Source of the DNA: Bacillota bacterium
GTDB lineage: Bacteria > Bacillota > Clostridia > Acetivibrionales > DTU013
Direction: 5' to 3'
Assembly (NCBI GenBank): GCA_023426125.1
Contig: JAFABI010000092.1
Location: 1-24,000 of the forward strand
Length of the DNA: 24,000 nucleotides
Shown piece after piece: positions 1 through 8,449 of this stretch (position 1 is its first letter; every line of letters begins with the position of its first letter). The notes under the pieces were generated by a model. That model was given only the letters and a program-made list of their open reading frames with translations. It did no database searches and was not told the origin of the DNA. Both the position numbers and the translations under genes were made by a program.

Positions 1-279
1 ATCAGCATTGCTATCACCTTTTGTAAATTTTGTATTATGCTGTATAATTCGACATGCAGGGTCGAAATTCCTGCCTCAAGCTCACTATATTCAAGGTTTT
101 CAAGGAACATTTATCAGGTAAAACTAACTAGCTGTTTTCGGACATGTGCATTAAATAAATATTTTGTTAAAATGCATTTTTTAGCTTATTTTTACTATAC
201 CTACAGTGGTCGACCTGCCTTATTTACCCTTTACTAATTATTCTTGTAGAGCTATTGTCAAAAAAGTTTGGTAGAGCTT

Positions 280-1461
280 TTAGCCTTCCTTCTTATTCTC
301 GACGTGTAATCCAACACATCCTTCGTTGTTTTTCTTTTTCAGACCATATTTGACTAATTGGCGTATGATATCAAATATCACTGCAAAAATAGGCAAACCA
401 AATATCAATCCGACAAACCCGAAAAGGCCGCCGAACACCAGTATCGAAAAAATAATCCATAAGCTGTCCAGACCTGTAAAGCGGCCCAGTATTCTCGGCA
501 CAACAATGTTGCCATCAATTTGTTGCAGGATTGAGATAAAGATAGTAAAATAAAGACATTTTACGGGATCAATAAAGATAATTAGTATGCAGGCCGGAAT
601 AGCTCCGATAACCGGACCAAAGAATGGAATGATATTCGTTACACCAACAAATATGCTGATTAAAAGCGCGTAAGGAATTCCCATCAAAAGGCAGCCGATA
701 TAGCATAGGGTACCCACGAGAGCAGAATCCAGAAGCGTACAACGAATGAACTTGCCAAATATTCTATCGGCATATTTTACTTCATTAAGCACCCATTGGG
801 CATGCTCCTCTTTGAAAATTGCATAGACAATCATGCGGGCATATCTGCTCAGTTTTTCACGGCTGCACAGAAAACAGACTGTGCTGCAAATCGCAATAAC
901 GAAATCAGAAACCAGGGACCAGATACCAGCCAGGCTCGCAGCGAGGCTGTTGATGATTGTTTGAATTTTAGGAATAATGTCGGAGGTTGCCCAGCTTTTT
1001 ATCGATTCAGTAGCCTGAGACAGTCCGCTGTTGACAAATTCCAGTACGATGGGGTTGTCTTGAGCAGCTTCTCTCAGCCATGCGATTCCCTTATCCGCCA
1101 TCGATGGTATGGCGGAGATGATGCCAATCAGCGTTACTGCCAAATCAGGCACGATGATCGCAAGGGCAAGAAAGCAAAATCCCAATACGAAGCAAAGGCC
1201 CAACAAAATGCTCAGTGCTCTTTCAGGATGCCGTTTCAGTTTTAGCTTGCCAAATAAAACCCCAAGGATTCTCTCGATAAATTTACAAACAGGGTTGAGA
1301 ATATATGCTATAATACCGCCGATTACCCACGCCCCTATTATATCGAATAATTTTTGGTGCAAAGTCCATGTAATGGCCATATACGCCAGTAAAAAAATCA
1401 GACCAATACATATCGATGCCGCCACAAAAATACGAAGGTACTTATCTTTTATTGATTTCAT
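280..1461 (-). CDS. AI-2E family (PerM/YtvI-like, UPF0118) integral membrane transporter
   Basis: 393-aa ORF with multiple hydrophobic segments. The C-terminal half carries the family-typical blocks GVTNIIPFFGPVIGAIPA and GGLFGFVGLIFGLPIFAVI. Its ATG overlaps the stop of the upstream glycosyltransferase ORF (ATGA at 1458-1461), which suggests translational coupling. Confidence 0.85.
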   Translation of the reverse strand: MKSIKDKYLRIFVAASICIGLIFLLAYMAITWTLHQKLFDIIGAWVIGGIIAYILNPVCKFIERILGVLFGKLKLKRHPERALSILLGLCFVLGFCFLALAIIVPDLAVTLIGIISAIPSMADKGIAWLREAAQDNPIVLEFVNSGLSQATESIKSWATSDIIPKIQTIINSLAASLAGIWSLVSDFVIAICSTVCFLCSREKLSRYARMIVYAIFKEEHAQWVLNEVKYADRIFGKFIRCTLLDSALVGTLCYIGCLLMGIPYALLISIFVGVTNIIPFFGPVIGAIPACILIIFIDPVKCLYFTIFISILQQIDGNIVVPRILGRFTGLDSLWIIFSILVFGGLFGFVGLIFGLPIFAVIFDIIRQLVKYGLKKKNNEGCVGLHVENKKEG

Positions 1462-2825
1462 TTATCCTTTACACCGATCAAAGCTTCATTTTTTTCATTT
1501 CCTCCAGAGTAAGCATGCACTATATCTTCGTCAGATTCAGAAGACAGGGCATAAAATCCTGCGGTCTGGCAACCGCTGCCGATAATAAACTCTGCGATTT
1601 CCCGCGCGGCCCGGGGATTTCTGAATCTGATCTGGCTATCATAGATTTCTTTAAGTCTCTTCCCATTTTGTGAAAGCAGTTCAAGAACCATGTTGGAAAG
1701 CCTTTTGATGTCCTTGCAATAAACCCCCAAATTGTGCTTCACGACAAATTCCGGATTTTTTTCTTCCTGGCCTTTTAATGCGCCGACGACAATGACAGGC
1801 TTGCACAGATTGACTGCCTCCATCAGAACATTGGGGCTGGCCCTGATAACCAGAATATCCGCCGCAAGCATGTGTTTTTTAATATCTTTTGTAAAGCCGT
1901 AAATCTGTACGCGACCGCCGATATAAAGCGATAATTTTTTATCCAGATATTTTTTCAGGGATGAATTGTTACCTGCCATGATAGATATATGGCAGTTACT
2001 GTATTTCAAAAGGTTTCTGGCCATTTTCAATATCCGCCATGACCCCTGACTTCCGTTGACCAGCAGAATGGACGCCCCTTCTTCAGCCAAAATTTTCTCT
2101 CCCTTTGGAACAGCGGGAGAAAAATCACAGAAATCTTTTCTGACAGGGAAATCAACAAGTCTAAGTTTTTCCTCTCGAATCCCCAATGAAAGCATCGTTT
2201 GTTTGGATTCCACACTGGGGCATAGCGTATATTTTGCCCGCTTGTCCGCCCAAAGGCCGGTAACATTGTCAAGGTCCGCAATAAATGGAATAACGGGGAT
2301 ATCCAATTTCTCTTTCTCCAGAATATTCAGAACAGAGCCTACAAAAACTCCATGTACCGGGACAATCACATCCGGACGAACTTCCTTAAGGCACTTTATC
2401 AACTTACTCTTTATGTCTTTTGAAACGAGAGCGTTGACCAGCCGTATGGAGTGATTTCCCGTCCGATAAAAGATACTCCACAATGCAGGCATGTTAACTG
2501 CGAGCGGATTATATAGTCTGCTTGATGCCTGCAATATCAATTTTCCCAAGGAGAACCCGTCTATGATGGAAATATGTACATTAGGATTCAGCTCAGTTAT
2601 TTGTTGTTGTAGAGCTTCTGTTATGCTTTTATGACCATATCCGGTTTTGTCCGCAGAAATAAACAGAATACTGCCAGGATTACGATCCTGCACTGATAAA
2701 CTACTTTTACCGATTTCGCCGTCCCTTTTCCTGCCGCCATGCGTAAGAAAGTTGATGATCCTTGGACGATTATAACGCTGTATAATCACATAAGGCAGAT
2801 TAAAAGCAAGCGCAATCAGAATCAT
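1458..2825 (-). CDS. Glycosyltransferase, MGDG-synthase/UgtP-like (GT28 fold); functional start uncertain
   Basis: 455-aa ORF. ILFISADKTGYGHKSITEAL, DVIVPVHG and IPFIADLDNV resemble the MGDG-synthase N-terminal domain. ADILVIRASPNVLMEAVNLCKPVIVVGALKGQEEKNPEF resembles the GT28 C-terminal domain (GQE..N motif). The ATG at 2825 has no Shine-Dalgarno within ~15 nt. It sits inside a hydrophobic helix of an upstream in-frame domain (see 2750-2954). Confidence 0.8.
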   Translation of the reverse strand: MILIALAFNLPYVIIQRYNRPRIINFLTHGGRKRDGEIGKSSLSVQDRNPGSILFISADKTGYGHKSITEALQQQITELNPNVHISIIDGFSLGKLILQASSRLYNPLAVNMPALWSIFYRTGNHSIRLVNALVSKDIKSKLIKCLKEVRPDVIVPVHGVFVGSVLNILEKEKLDIPVIPFIADLDNVTGLWADKRAKYTLCPSVESKQTMLSLGIREEKLRLVDFPVRKDFCDFSPAVPKGEKILAEEGASILLVNGSQGSWRILKMARNLLKYSNCHISIMAGNNSSLKKYLDKKLSLYIGGRVQIYGFTKDIKKHMLAADILVIRASPNVLMEAVNLCKPVIVVGALKGQEEKNPEFVVKHNLGVYCKDIKRLSNMVLELLSQNGKRLKEIYDSQIRFRNPRAAREIAEFIIGSGCQTAGFYALSSESDEDIVHAYSGGNEKNEALIGVKDK

Positions 2826-2954
2826 GGTAGCAGTTTGGATAAAGTTACTCCAAAACGCAAACAGGAATGACGAAAAGATAATACCCCAATGTGTAAGCTC
2901 AGCGCGGCAAGATTCGATAAGATATTTATGCAGATAATCTTTATCATATCCCGT
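2750..2954 (-). pseudogene. 5'-truncated CrtO-family (glycosyl-4,4'-diaponeurosporenoate acyltransferase-like) membrane domain, in frame with the glycosyltransferase ORF
   Basis: The minus-strand frame is open from the TAA at 2957-2955 and reads TGYDKDYLHKYLIESCRAELTHWGIIFSSFLFAFWSNFIQTATMILIALAFNLPYVIIQRYNRPRI. The E-x-x-RAE-x-x-HW block and the N-x-P-x-I-I-QRYNRPR block match my recollection of the C-terminal half of staphylococcal CrtO-type acyltransferases. The N-terminal ~100 aa of such a domain are missing. Confidence 0.6.
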
Positions 2955-3113
2955 TTACAGTTAATGGATGAGTTGTGGGGCATGGAGTCCGAGACCGATG
3001 ACCACACGCTGGATGTCCATATCAACCGTTTGCGGGAAAGGTTTCGTGATTGGCCGGAGTTTGAAATTGTTACGGTGCGCGGCCTCGGGTATAAGGCGGT
3101 AAAAAAAGTATGA
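2946..3113 (+). pseudogene. OmpR/PhoB-family response regulator, C-terminal fragment only (receiver domain deleted)
   Basis: SRLQLMDELWGMESETDDHTLDVHINRLRERFRDWPEFEIVTVRGLGYKAVKKV* is the last ~55 aa of a winged-helix Trans_reg_C domain. Its stop overlaps the kinase start (ATGA, 3110-3113), as in intact RR-HK operons. The 20 codons upstream, from the track's ATG at 2889, show no response-regulator similarity. Confidence 0.8.
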
Positions 3114-4174
3114 GTTGCTTAAAAGATTTAAAAAAAAGATGGAGCCTAACCATTTCACTGGTATTGTTCGTTTTTGCCGTCATGATGGCTGCATTCTTAT
3201 TGGTTGGGCTGGTTACAGCGATACTCTATTACGTAGGCGTTATATCGTTTGAAAACCTTGATGGTACGAGCATATTTGAGCGTTGGTTTTTCTTCTTGAT
3301 GATCTTGCTGTGTATTGTGCTCGGAATGGCGCTCACTTTCTTTTTCAGCAAAAAAGCGCTCAATCCGATTCGCAAGGTAATTGTCGCTATCCATAAGGTT
3401 GCACAGGGTGATTTTAATGTACAGGTGGAACTCAAAGGAATCGGCGAATTGGAGGAGCTGTCGCAAAGCTTTAATAAAATGACAAATGAACTGTCATCCA
3501 TCGAAACGCTGCGCAGCGATTTTGTCAATAACTTTTCCCATGAATTCAAAACGCCTATCGTATCGCTGCGTGGGTTTGCAAAGATGCTAAAAGAGGGGGA
3601 TCTCAGCGAAGAGGAAAGACAGGAATACCTTGATATTATCATTGCTGAATCGGAGCGACTGGCCGTGCTTTCTACCAATGTGCTCAGTATGTCAAAGTAT
3701 GAGAACATTGAAATCATTCCCGACAAAACACCGTTCAGGCTGGATGAACAAATCCGGAGGGTAATCCTGCTGATGGAACCGAAATGGTCGCGGAAAGAGC
3801 TTTCGGTCAATGTAGAAATGAACGAGGTAACTTATAAAGGGAACGAAGATTTCACACAGCAAATCTGGATCAATCTTCTGGACAACGCCATCAAATTCTC
3901 TTATCAGGGCGGGCTGATCAGCGTGAGTCTCATAAGTTCGAATGACGGTATCCGCTTTACCATTCAGGACGACGGGGCCGGTATAGATGAACAGACGAAA
4001 GCACGCATTTTCGATAAGTTCTATCAGGGCAATACATCACATGTCATAGCTGGAAACGGCCTCGGTCTTGCAATCGTTAAGCGAATCATGAAGCTGTGCA
4101 GCGGCACGATCGAAGTGCAAAGCGAGTTAGGAAAAGGCAGCATATTTACGGTTTTTTTACCAGATGAACCTTAA
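3110..4174 (+). CDS. Sensor histidine kinase (2 TM, short external loop, HAMP, HisKA, HATPase_c)
   Basis: 354-aa ORF with two N-terminal hydrophobic helices separated by a loop of ~15 aa (SFENLDGTSIFERW). It has a HAMP-like linker, H-box FSHEFKTPI, N-box LLDNAIKFS, G1 QDDGAGI and G2 GNGLGLAIVKRI. Confidence 0.9.
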   Translation: MSCLKDLKKRWSLTISLVLFVFAVMMAAFLLVGLVTAILYYVGVISFENLDGTSIFERWFFFLMILLCIVLGMALTFFFSKKALNPIRKVIVAIHKVAQGDFNVQVELKGIGELEELSQSFNKMTNELSSIETLRSDFVNNFSHEFKTPIVSLRGFAKMLKEGDLSEEERQEYLDIIIAESERLAVLSTNVLSMSKYENIEIIPDKTPFRLDEQIRRVILLMEPKWSRKELSVNVEMNEVTYKGNEDFTQQIWINLLDNAIKFSYQGGLISVSLISSNDGIRFTIQDDGAGIDEQTKARIFDKFYQGNTSHVIAGNGLGLAIVKRIMKLCSGTIEVQSELGKGSIFTVFLPDEP

Positions 4175-4406
4175 GCAGAGCCGTAAAACAAAAGGCACAT
4201 CCGAATCAAATCTCATAATTCAGTTAGTTCCGATTGCCGGTGATAATTGTGGGATGCTGCCGGAGGAGCTTGAAAACCAGTGTCGAATCTATCTTCGCAT
4301 ATCATAGCATACCTCACAATACACAAATTTGTACCTTCCGATTAGAATTAATTCTTTCGGATCATCACTCGTAATATAAATAACTCTTTTTCCCGACAAT
4401 ACCGGA

Positions 4407-6809
4407 TCATTGCACCGCAATTGGGAAAGAAAGCCTGTAGCATTTGCCGCAGGAGGTCTTAAAAACAAAGCCGCTGCCTGTCGCTGAAACAGGAATCGTT
4501 CTTTTATCCAATGTGACAGTGGGGAGTTCCTTAGTTATTATACAGCAATCGGATCCATGATGGGACAGCAGAGATGCTTCCGATATTTTCCCATACTTCC
4601 ATTCCATATCGATTTCGAATCCTCCCCTGGCGACAAGTCCTGTTACTTTGCCGGATTTCCAGTTCTTTGGAATTGCCGGAAGTAGTTCAATCCCACCTTC
4701 GTGGCTTTGCAGCAGCATTTCTGCAATAGCGGCTGTTGCCCCAAAGTTCCCGTCAATCTGAAATGGCGGATGACTGTCCAGTAAATTTTTCATTGTTGAC
4801 TTTTTCAACAATTCATTAATGTTCTCATAGGCTTTCTCTCCATCCTTCAACCTTGCCCACATATTGATAATCCAGGCACGGCTCCAGCCTGAATGGCCCC
4901 CTCCGTGCTTCAGCCGTCTTTCCAGCGTATTTCTGGCGGCAGCAGCAAGCCGCGGTGAATTTCTCAACGAAAACTGCTTCCCAGGATACAAGCCAAAGAG
5001 CTGTGAGATATGCCGATGCCCGGGCTCCGCTTCCTCATAATCCTCAGACCACTCCTGTATCTGACCATATTTGCCTATTTGCGGTTCAGGGAGTTTATCT
5101 GTCATCCTTTTCACTTGTTCAGAGAATTCTCTATCCTTGTTTAAAAGCTCCGCCGCTTTGATGAAACATGCAAATAATGCATGCAGGATCTGGCTGTCCA
5201 TGGAAGGGCCTGCGCATAGGCATCCTTTTTCACCCGTTTCAAGGATATAAGTGTTTTCCGGAGATACAGAAGGGGAGGTGACCAGCCGGCCCTGGGAATC
5301 CTCGATCAGGAAATCCGCAAAAAATTCCACTGCTTCTCGGATGGTTTCATAATGCTCACTTAAAAACAACGTATCCAGTGTGAATTCATAATGCTCCCAG
5401 ATATGCAGGCATAGCCATGCAGCACCCATCGGCCAATAGGTGGCAGGGATGTAAATATCCTGTGGTGCAGTATCTCCCCAGATGTCCGTATTGTGATGAG
5501 CGACAAAGCCCCGGCAGCCATACATGACCCTGGCGGTTTTCCTGCCCGGTTCCCTCATTCGCTGTATATGATCGAATAGCGGATAGTGGCATTCGGATAA
5601 ATTACAAATTTCTGCAGGCCAGTAATTCATCTCCGTATTGATGTTGATTGTGTATTTGCTATCCCACGGCGGCAGCATATCCTGGTTCCAGATGCCTTGA
5701 AGATTGGCGGGCAGGGTACCCGGTCTGCTGGAGGATATCAGTAAATACCGTCCGAACTGATAATATGTACAGAGCAGTTCCAAATCATCATTTCCAGCCT
5801 TGACTGCCTCCAGCCTTTCTGAAGTGTCAAGGCCGCATACACATGAATGCCGGTAGCTGCCGACATCCATTGGGCGGCTGTATTCCGGCGCGTCTGTGAT
5901 ATCCTGCTCAATTCCCGCCTGAGACGGCCCATCCGGAATCGTTGGCTTATCTGACAGGCTCAAGCTCACCCTGCTGAATAATGAACGATAATCCCTGCGG
6001 TGATCCGCCTGTAATCGGTGAAACGTCTTATTTCCGGCATCCTTGATATAATCGAAGCACTGAGCTTCGTAATCCTCATGATAAAAACTGGTGGCAGCCG
6101 AGATGAGCAGTGTAACCGAATCTGCATTCAGGATAACCAGGCTTTCTCCTATTGTTTCTACCAGACCGCCGTTAGCAATTACACGCACCATGGTACAGAA
6201 CCTCACTCCCCGTTCAGAACCACAGCTTGCGTACATGCAGATGGTATCCCCGTTATAGGCCTTCACCGTATCCAGGTAACGTCCTCTTCTGAGATATGCT
6301 GTAAAGCTGATACTGTCAGGTTGATCAGCACAGATTTGAGTTACCATGACCTGATCCGGCACACTGGAGAAACAGGTACGTTCATAGCGGATGCCATTGC
6401 GTTCAAACCGGACAACCACTTCGGCAGTATCCAGATCCAATTCCCGGGTATAATGCGTAACCAAATGCTCATCAAACTCAAAATCGATATGCAGCACTCC
6501 CATGGTCTGATACGGCCTCTGGCTTTCAGGCACGCCGGAAAAGGCCAGAGACGCCAGTTTTTCGGCTTCGCTTATTCTCCCCTCAAACAGCAGCTTCCGC
6601 ATCCGGGGAAGATTCTTCAATGCATCCGGGTTGTTTCTGTCTATTGGAGCACCATACCAGATACTATCCTCATTCAACTGGATTCTCTCCCTCGCAGCAG
6701 ACCCGTAAACCATACCGCCCAACCTCCCGTTTCCGACAGGCAGAGCTTCGTTCCAGTCCTTCGCCGGCCTTTTAAACCACATCAACAGTGCATTATTGCT
6801 CTGATACAT
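4407..6809 (-). CDS. Glycoside hydrolase family 95 (alpha-L-fucosidase type)
   Basis: N-terminus [26 protein letters not shown] and core [24 protein letters not shown]...[15 protein letters not shown] are GH95 hallmarks. The longest ORF starts at 6824. I prefer the ATG at 6809 because GGGGAAGG lies 5 nt upstream. Either start overlaps the stop of the upstream response-regulator gene (6793). Confidence 0.9.
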   Translation of the reverse strand: MYQSNNALLMWFKRPAKDWNEALPVGNGRLGGMVYGSAARERIQLNEDSIWYGAPIDRNNPDALKNLPRMRKLLFEGRISEAEKLASLAFSGVPESQRPYQTMGVLHIDFEFDEHLVTHYTRELDLDTAEVVVRFERNGIRYERTCFSSVPDQVMVTQICADQPDSISFTAYLRRGRYLDTVKAYNGDTICMYASCGSERGVRFCTMVRVIANGGLVETIGESLVILNADSVTLLISAATSFYHEDYEAQCFDYIKDAGNKTFHRLQADHRRDYRSLFSRVSLSLSDKPTIPDGPSQAGIEQDITDAPEYSRPMDVGSYRHSCVCGLDTSERLEAVKAGNDDLELLCTYYQFGRYLLISSSRPGTLPANLQGIWNQDMLPPWDSKYTININTEMNYWPAEICNLSECHYPLFDHIQRMREPGRKTARVMYGCRGFVAHHNTDIWGDTAPQDIYIPATYWPMGAAWLCLHIWEHYEFTLDTLFLSEHYETIREAVEFFADFLIEDSQGRLVTSPSVSPENTYILETGEKGCLCAGPSMDSQILHALFACFIKAAELLNKDREFSEQVKRMTDKLPEPQIGKYGQIQEWSEDYEEAEPGHRHISQLFGLYPGKQFSLRNSPRLAAAARNTLERRLKHGGGHSGWSRAWIINMWARLKDGEKAYENINELLKKSTMKNLLDSHPPFQIDGNFGATAAIAEMLLQSHEGGIELLPAIPKNWKSGKVTGLVARGGFEIDMEWKYGKISEASLLSHHGSDCCIITKELPTVTLDKRTIPVSATGSGFVFKTSCGKCYRLSFPIAVQ

Positions 6810-8412
6810 ACTTGCCTTCCCCATTCATAATAGAATTTTTATAGTCTCCGGGCGACATTCCAAACTGTCTTTTAAAGAGAGATCCAAAATAGGACTGATT
6901 GGGAATGCCCACCATTTCTGCCACTTTCGAAACTTTGTTTTTTGGATTGCTTAACAGTTTGATTGCCTTTTCCATCCGTACCTCCAGAAGATAGTCGTTG
7001 AAGAATTTCCCTGTAGACTTTTTAAACAGATAGCCAAGATAGTACGCAGATATATAGAGTTCAGCAGCGATGGTCTTGACGCTGATGTTCTCGAAATACC
7101 TGTGTGCTATAATATCAAGCATTTTCTGCACAAGCCTGTGATCATTGGAACCTTTCGGGGAGTCAAGGACATCCAGAACATGAAAGTACAGGTCGGATAT
7201 AAAATTTTTCAGTTCTCCGAAGGTTTTAATAGAAGGTAAATGAAGGCTGGGGTCCTTCTGATTTCCGTACAGCATCTCGGGATTTTCATTGATCATGGTC
7301 AAGACATAGCAGGTTTCGGAAATCAGGCCTGAAAATAGATTGATGATCAGGTTTTTGTCCAGACATTTGCTCCGCTCCAGAAAGGAAAGCAGTTCCTCCA
7401 GCAGGCTTGATACCCGTTTGGTGTCCCTGTTTTTCAAGCTGTTGAGGATCTGCTTGGTATAGAAATTGGTCTGAAGAATAAAATTCTGAACATCGTCACC
7501 CTTCATCCCGTTCTCCGCCAAGTAGTTGTCGCAGTTTACAAGACGTCCTTTATCAAAAACCAAAAGGCTGCCCATAACCTTTTGAATAGCCTGGTAGGAC
7601 GTGTTTAGATCTTGAAATGTCATTACAGGCTCACAATAACAAATAATAACATTCAGATTGAATGTTTCATACATTCCATCCTTCAGTTGGCATAAGTCGG
7701 CTTCCGGCCGGTATTCTCCGCTTCCTGCGGCTTTCATGCAAATATACAGCTCTTTGCCGGCCGGGTCGGACCATGCGAAAAAACCTTTGTCCTCAAGAAG
7801 ATGGTTGATGTATTGTTCTATTCCGTCTTTACCGTCAAAGGGTACATCATTGTGGAGGACGGCAAGGGTATATGGCCCGCCTGAAACAGCAACACCGGTC
7901 TCTTCCAGCTTGTTTATCAGATTCACATCCGAATCTTTGCTGTTCAACAGCTCCATGAAGTATTTCTGCTTGGCTATTTCTTTACCCAGTGCCACCTGCT
8001 CATTCAGTAAAGATGTAATCTCCCGGTTTTTATCCCTCTCCTCCAGTTCGGCAGTGGCCTTTTTTATCACCTTTTCGAACTCATTTTCATTTATGGGTTT
8101 TAACAGATATTCCGCTGCCCGGAAACCGATGGCTTCCTTTGCATATTTAAAATCGTCATATCCTGTAAGAACAATAATTTTAGCATCCGGGAGGAAGGCT
8201 CGTATTTCCTTTGCCATGGATATCCCATCAAAAATTGGCATCCGGATATCGGTGATAATGATATCGGGAGCAACTTCGCGTGCGAGTCGAAGTCCTTCCT
8301 GTCCATTCGCGGCCGTTCCGGCCAACAGGATATGATAACGGCTCCAATCAAGTAATTCCGCCAGGCCCTCCCGGACCCATTGCTCATCCTCTACGATAAG
8401 AAGTTTGAACAT
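6793..8412 (-). CDS. Two-component response regulator with AraC-type HTH output (YesN-like)
   Basis: 539-aa ORF. Receiver domain [17 protein letters not shown]...[10 protein letters not shown]...LLKP. C-terminal AraC HTH: [21 protein letters not shown]...[42 protein letters not shown] upstream of the ATG at 8412. Confidence 0.92.
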   Translation of the reverse strand: MFKLLIVEDEQWVREGLAELLDWSRYHILLAGTAANGQEGLRLAREVAPDIIITDIRMPIFDGISMAKEIRAFLPDAKIIVLTGYDDFKYAKEAIGFRAAEYLLKPINENEFEKVIKKATAELEERDKNREITSLLNEQVALGKEIAKQKYFMELLNSKDSDVNLINKLEETGVAVSGGPYTLAVLHNDVPFDGKDGIEQYINHLLEDKGFFAWSDPAGKELYICMKAAGSGEYRPEADLCQLKDGMYETFNLNVIICYCEPVMTFQDLNTSYQAIQKVMGSLLVFDKGRLVNCDNYLAENGMKGDDVQNFILQTNFYTKQILNSLKNRDTKRVSSLLEELLSFLERSKCLDKNLIINLFSGLISETCYVLTMINENPEMLYGNQKDPSLHLPSIKTFGELKNFISDLYFHVLDVLDSPKGSNDHRLVQKMLDIIAHRYFENISVKTIAAELYISAYYLGYLFKKSTGKFFNDYLLEVRMEKAIKLLSNPKNKVSKVAEMVGIPNQSYFGSLFKRQFGMSPGDYKNSIMNGEGKYVSEQ

Positions 8413-8449
8413 TTTGAACCTCCTCGGTATCAGTCAGATACCTACGTGA

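Noticed and set aside
21-237. A near-consensus promoter-like element TTGTAA-16 nt-TATAAT (21-48, plus strand) and the 66-aa ORF at 37-237
   Set aside because: The ORF starts upstream of any transcript from that element and looks non-coding (AT-rich, no RBS). The hexamers may be chance in an AT-rich spacer. The region is more likely the leader or promoter of a minus-strand gene whose ATG (8-6, preceded by AAAGGTGA) runs off the left edge, leaving too little sequence to call.
2822-3025. The 67-aa minus-strand ORF upstream of the glycosyltransferase
   Set aside because: It is out of frame with the CrtO-like reading frame, which does carry recognisable motifs. It also overlaps the response-regulator fragment, so it is likely spurious.
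2889-3113. The 74-aa ORF as an intact small winged-helix protein
   Set aside because: Only the last ~55 residues resemble a response regulator. They begin mid-domain, and the N-terminal 20 residues are junction sequence. It is better explained as a gene fragment.
4338-4360. The imperfect palindrome CCGATTAGAATTAATTCTTTCGG between the convergent kinase and GH95 genes, as a terminator or operator
   Set aside because: There is no U-tract on either strand, and the AT-rich core gives a weak hairpin. I cannot link it to a regulator, so it is noted only as a possible protein-binding inverted repeat.
6018-6830. Long plus-strand ORFs antisense to real genes (6018-6830, 7658-8335, 10455-11009, 11109-11576, 796-1245, 1109-1585, 22916-23587 and similar)
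   Set aside because: All lie entirely inside strongly supported genes on the opposite strand. Their composition is low-complexity or skewed, and they have no recognisable motifs or RBS. They are typical shadow ORFs.
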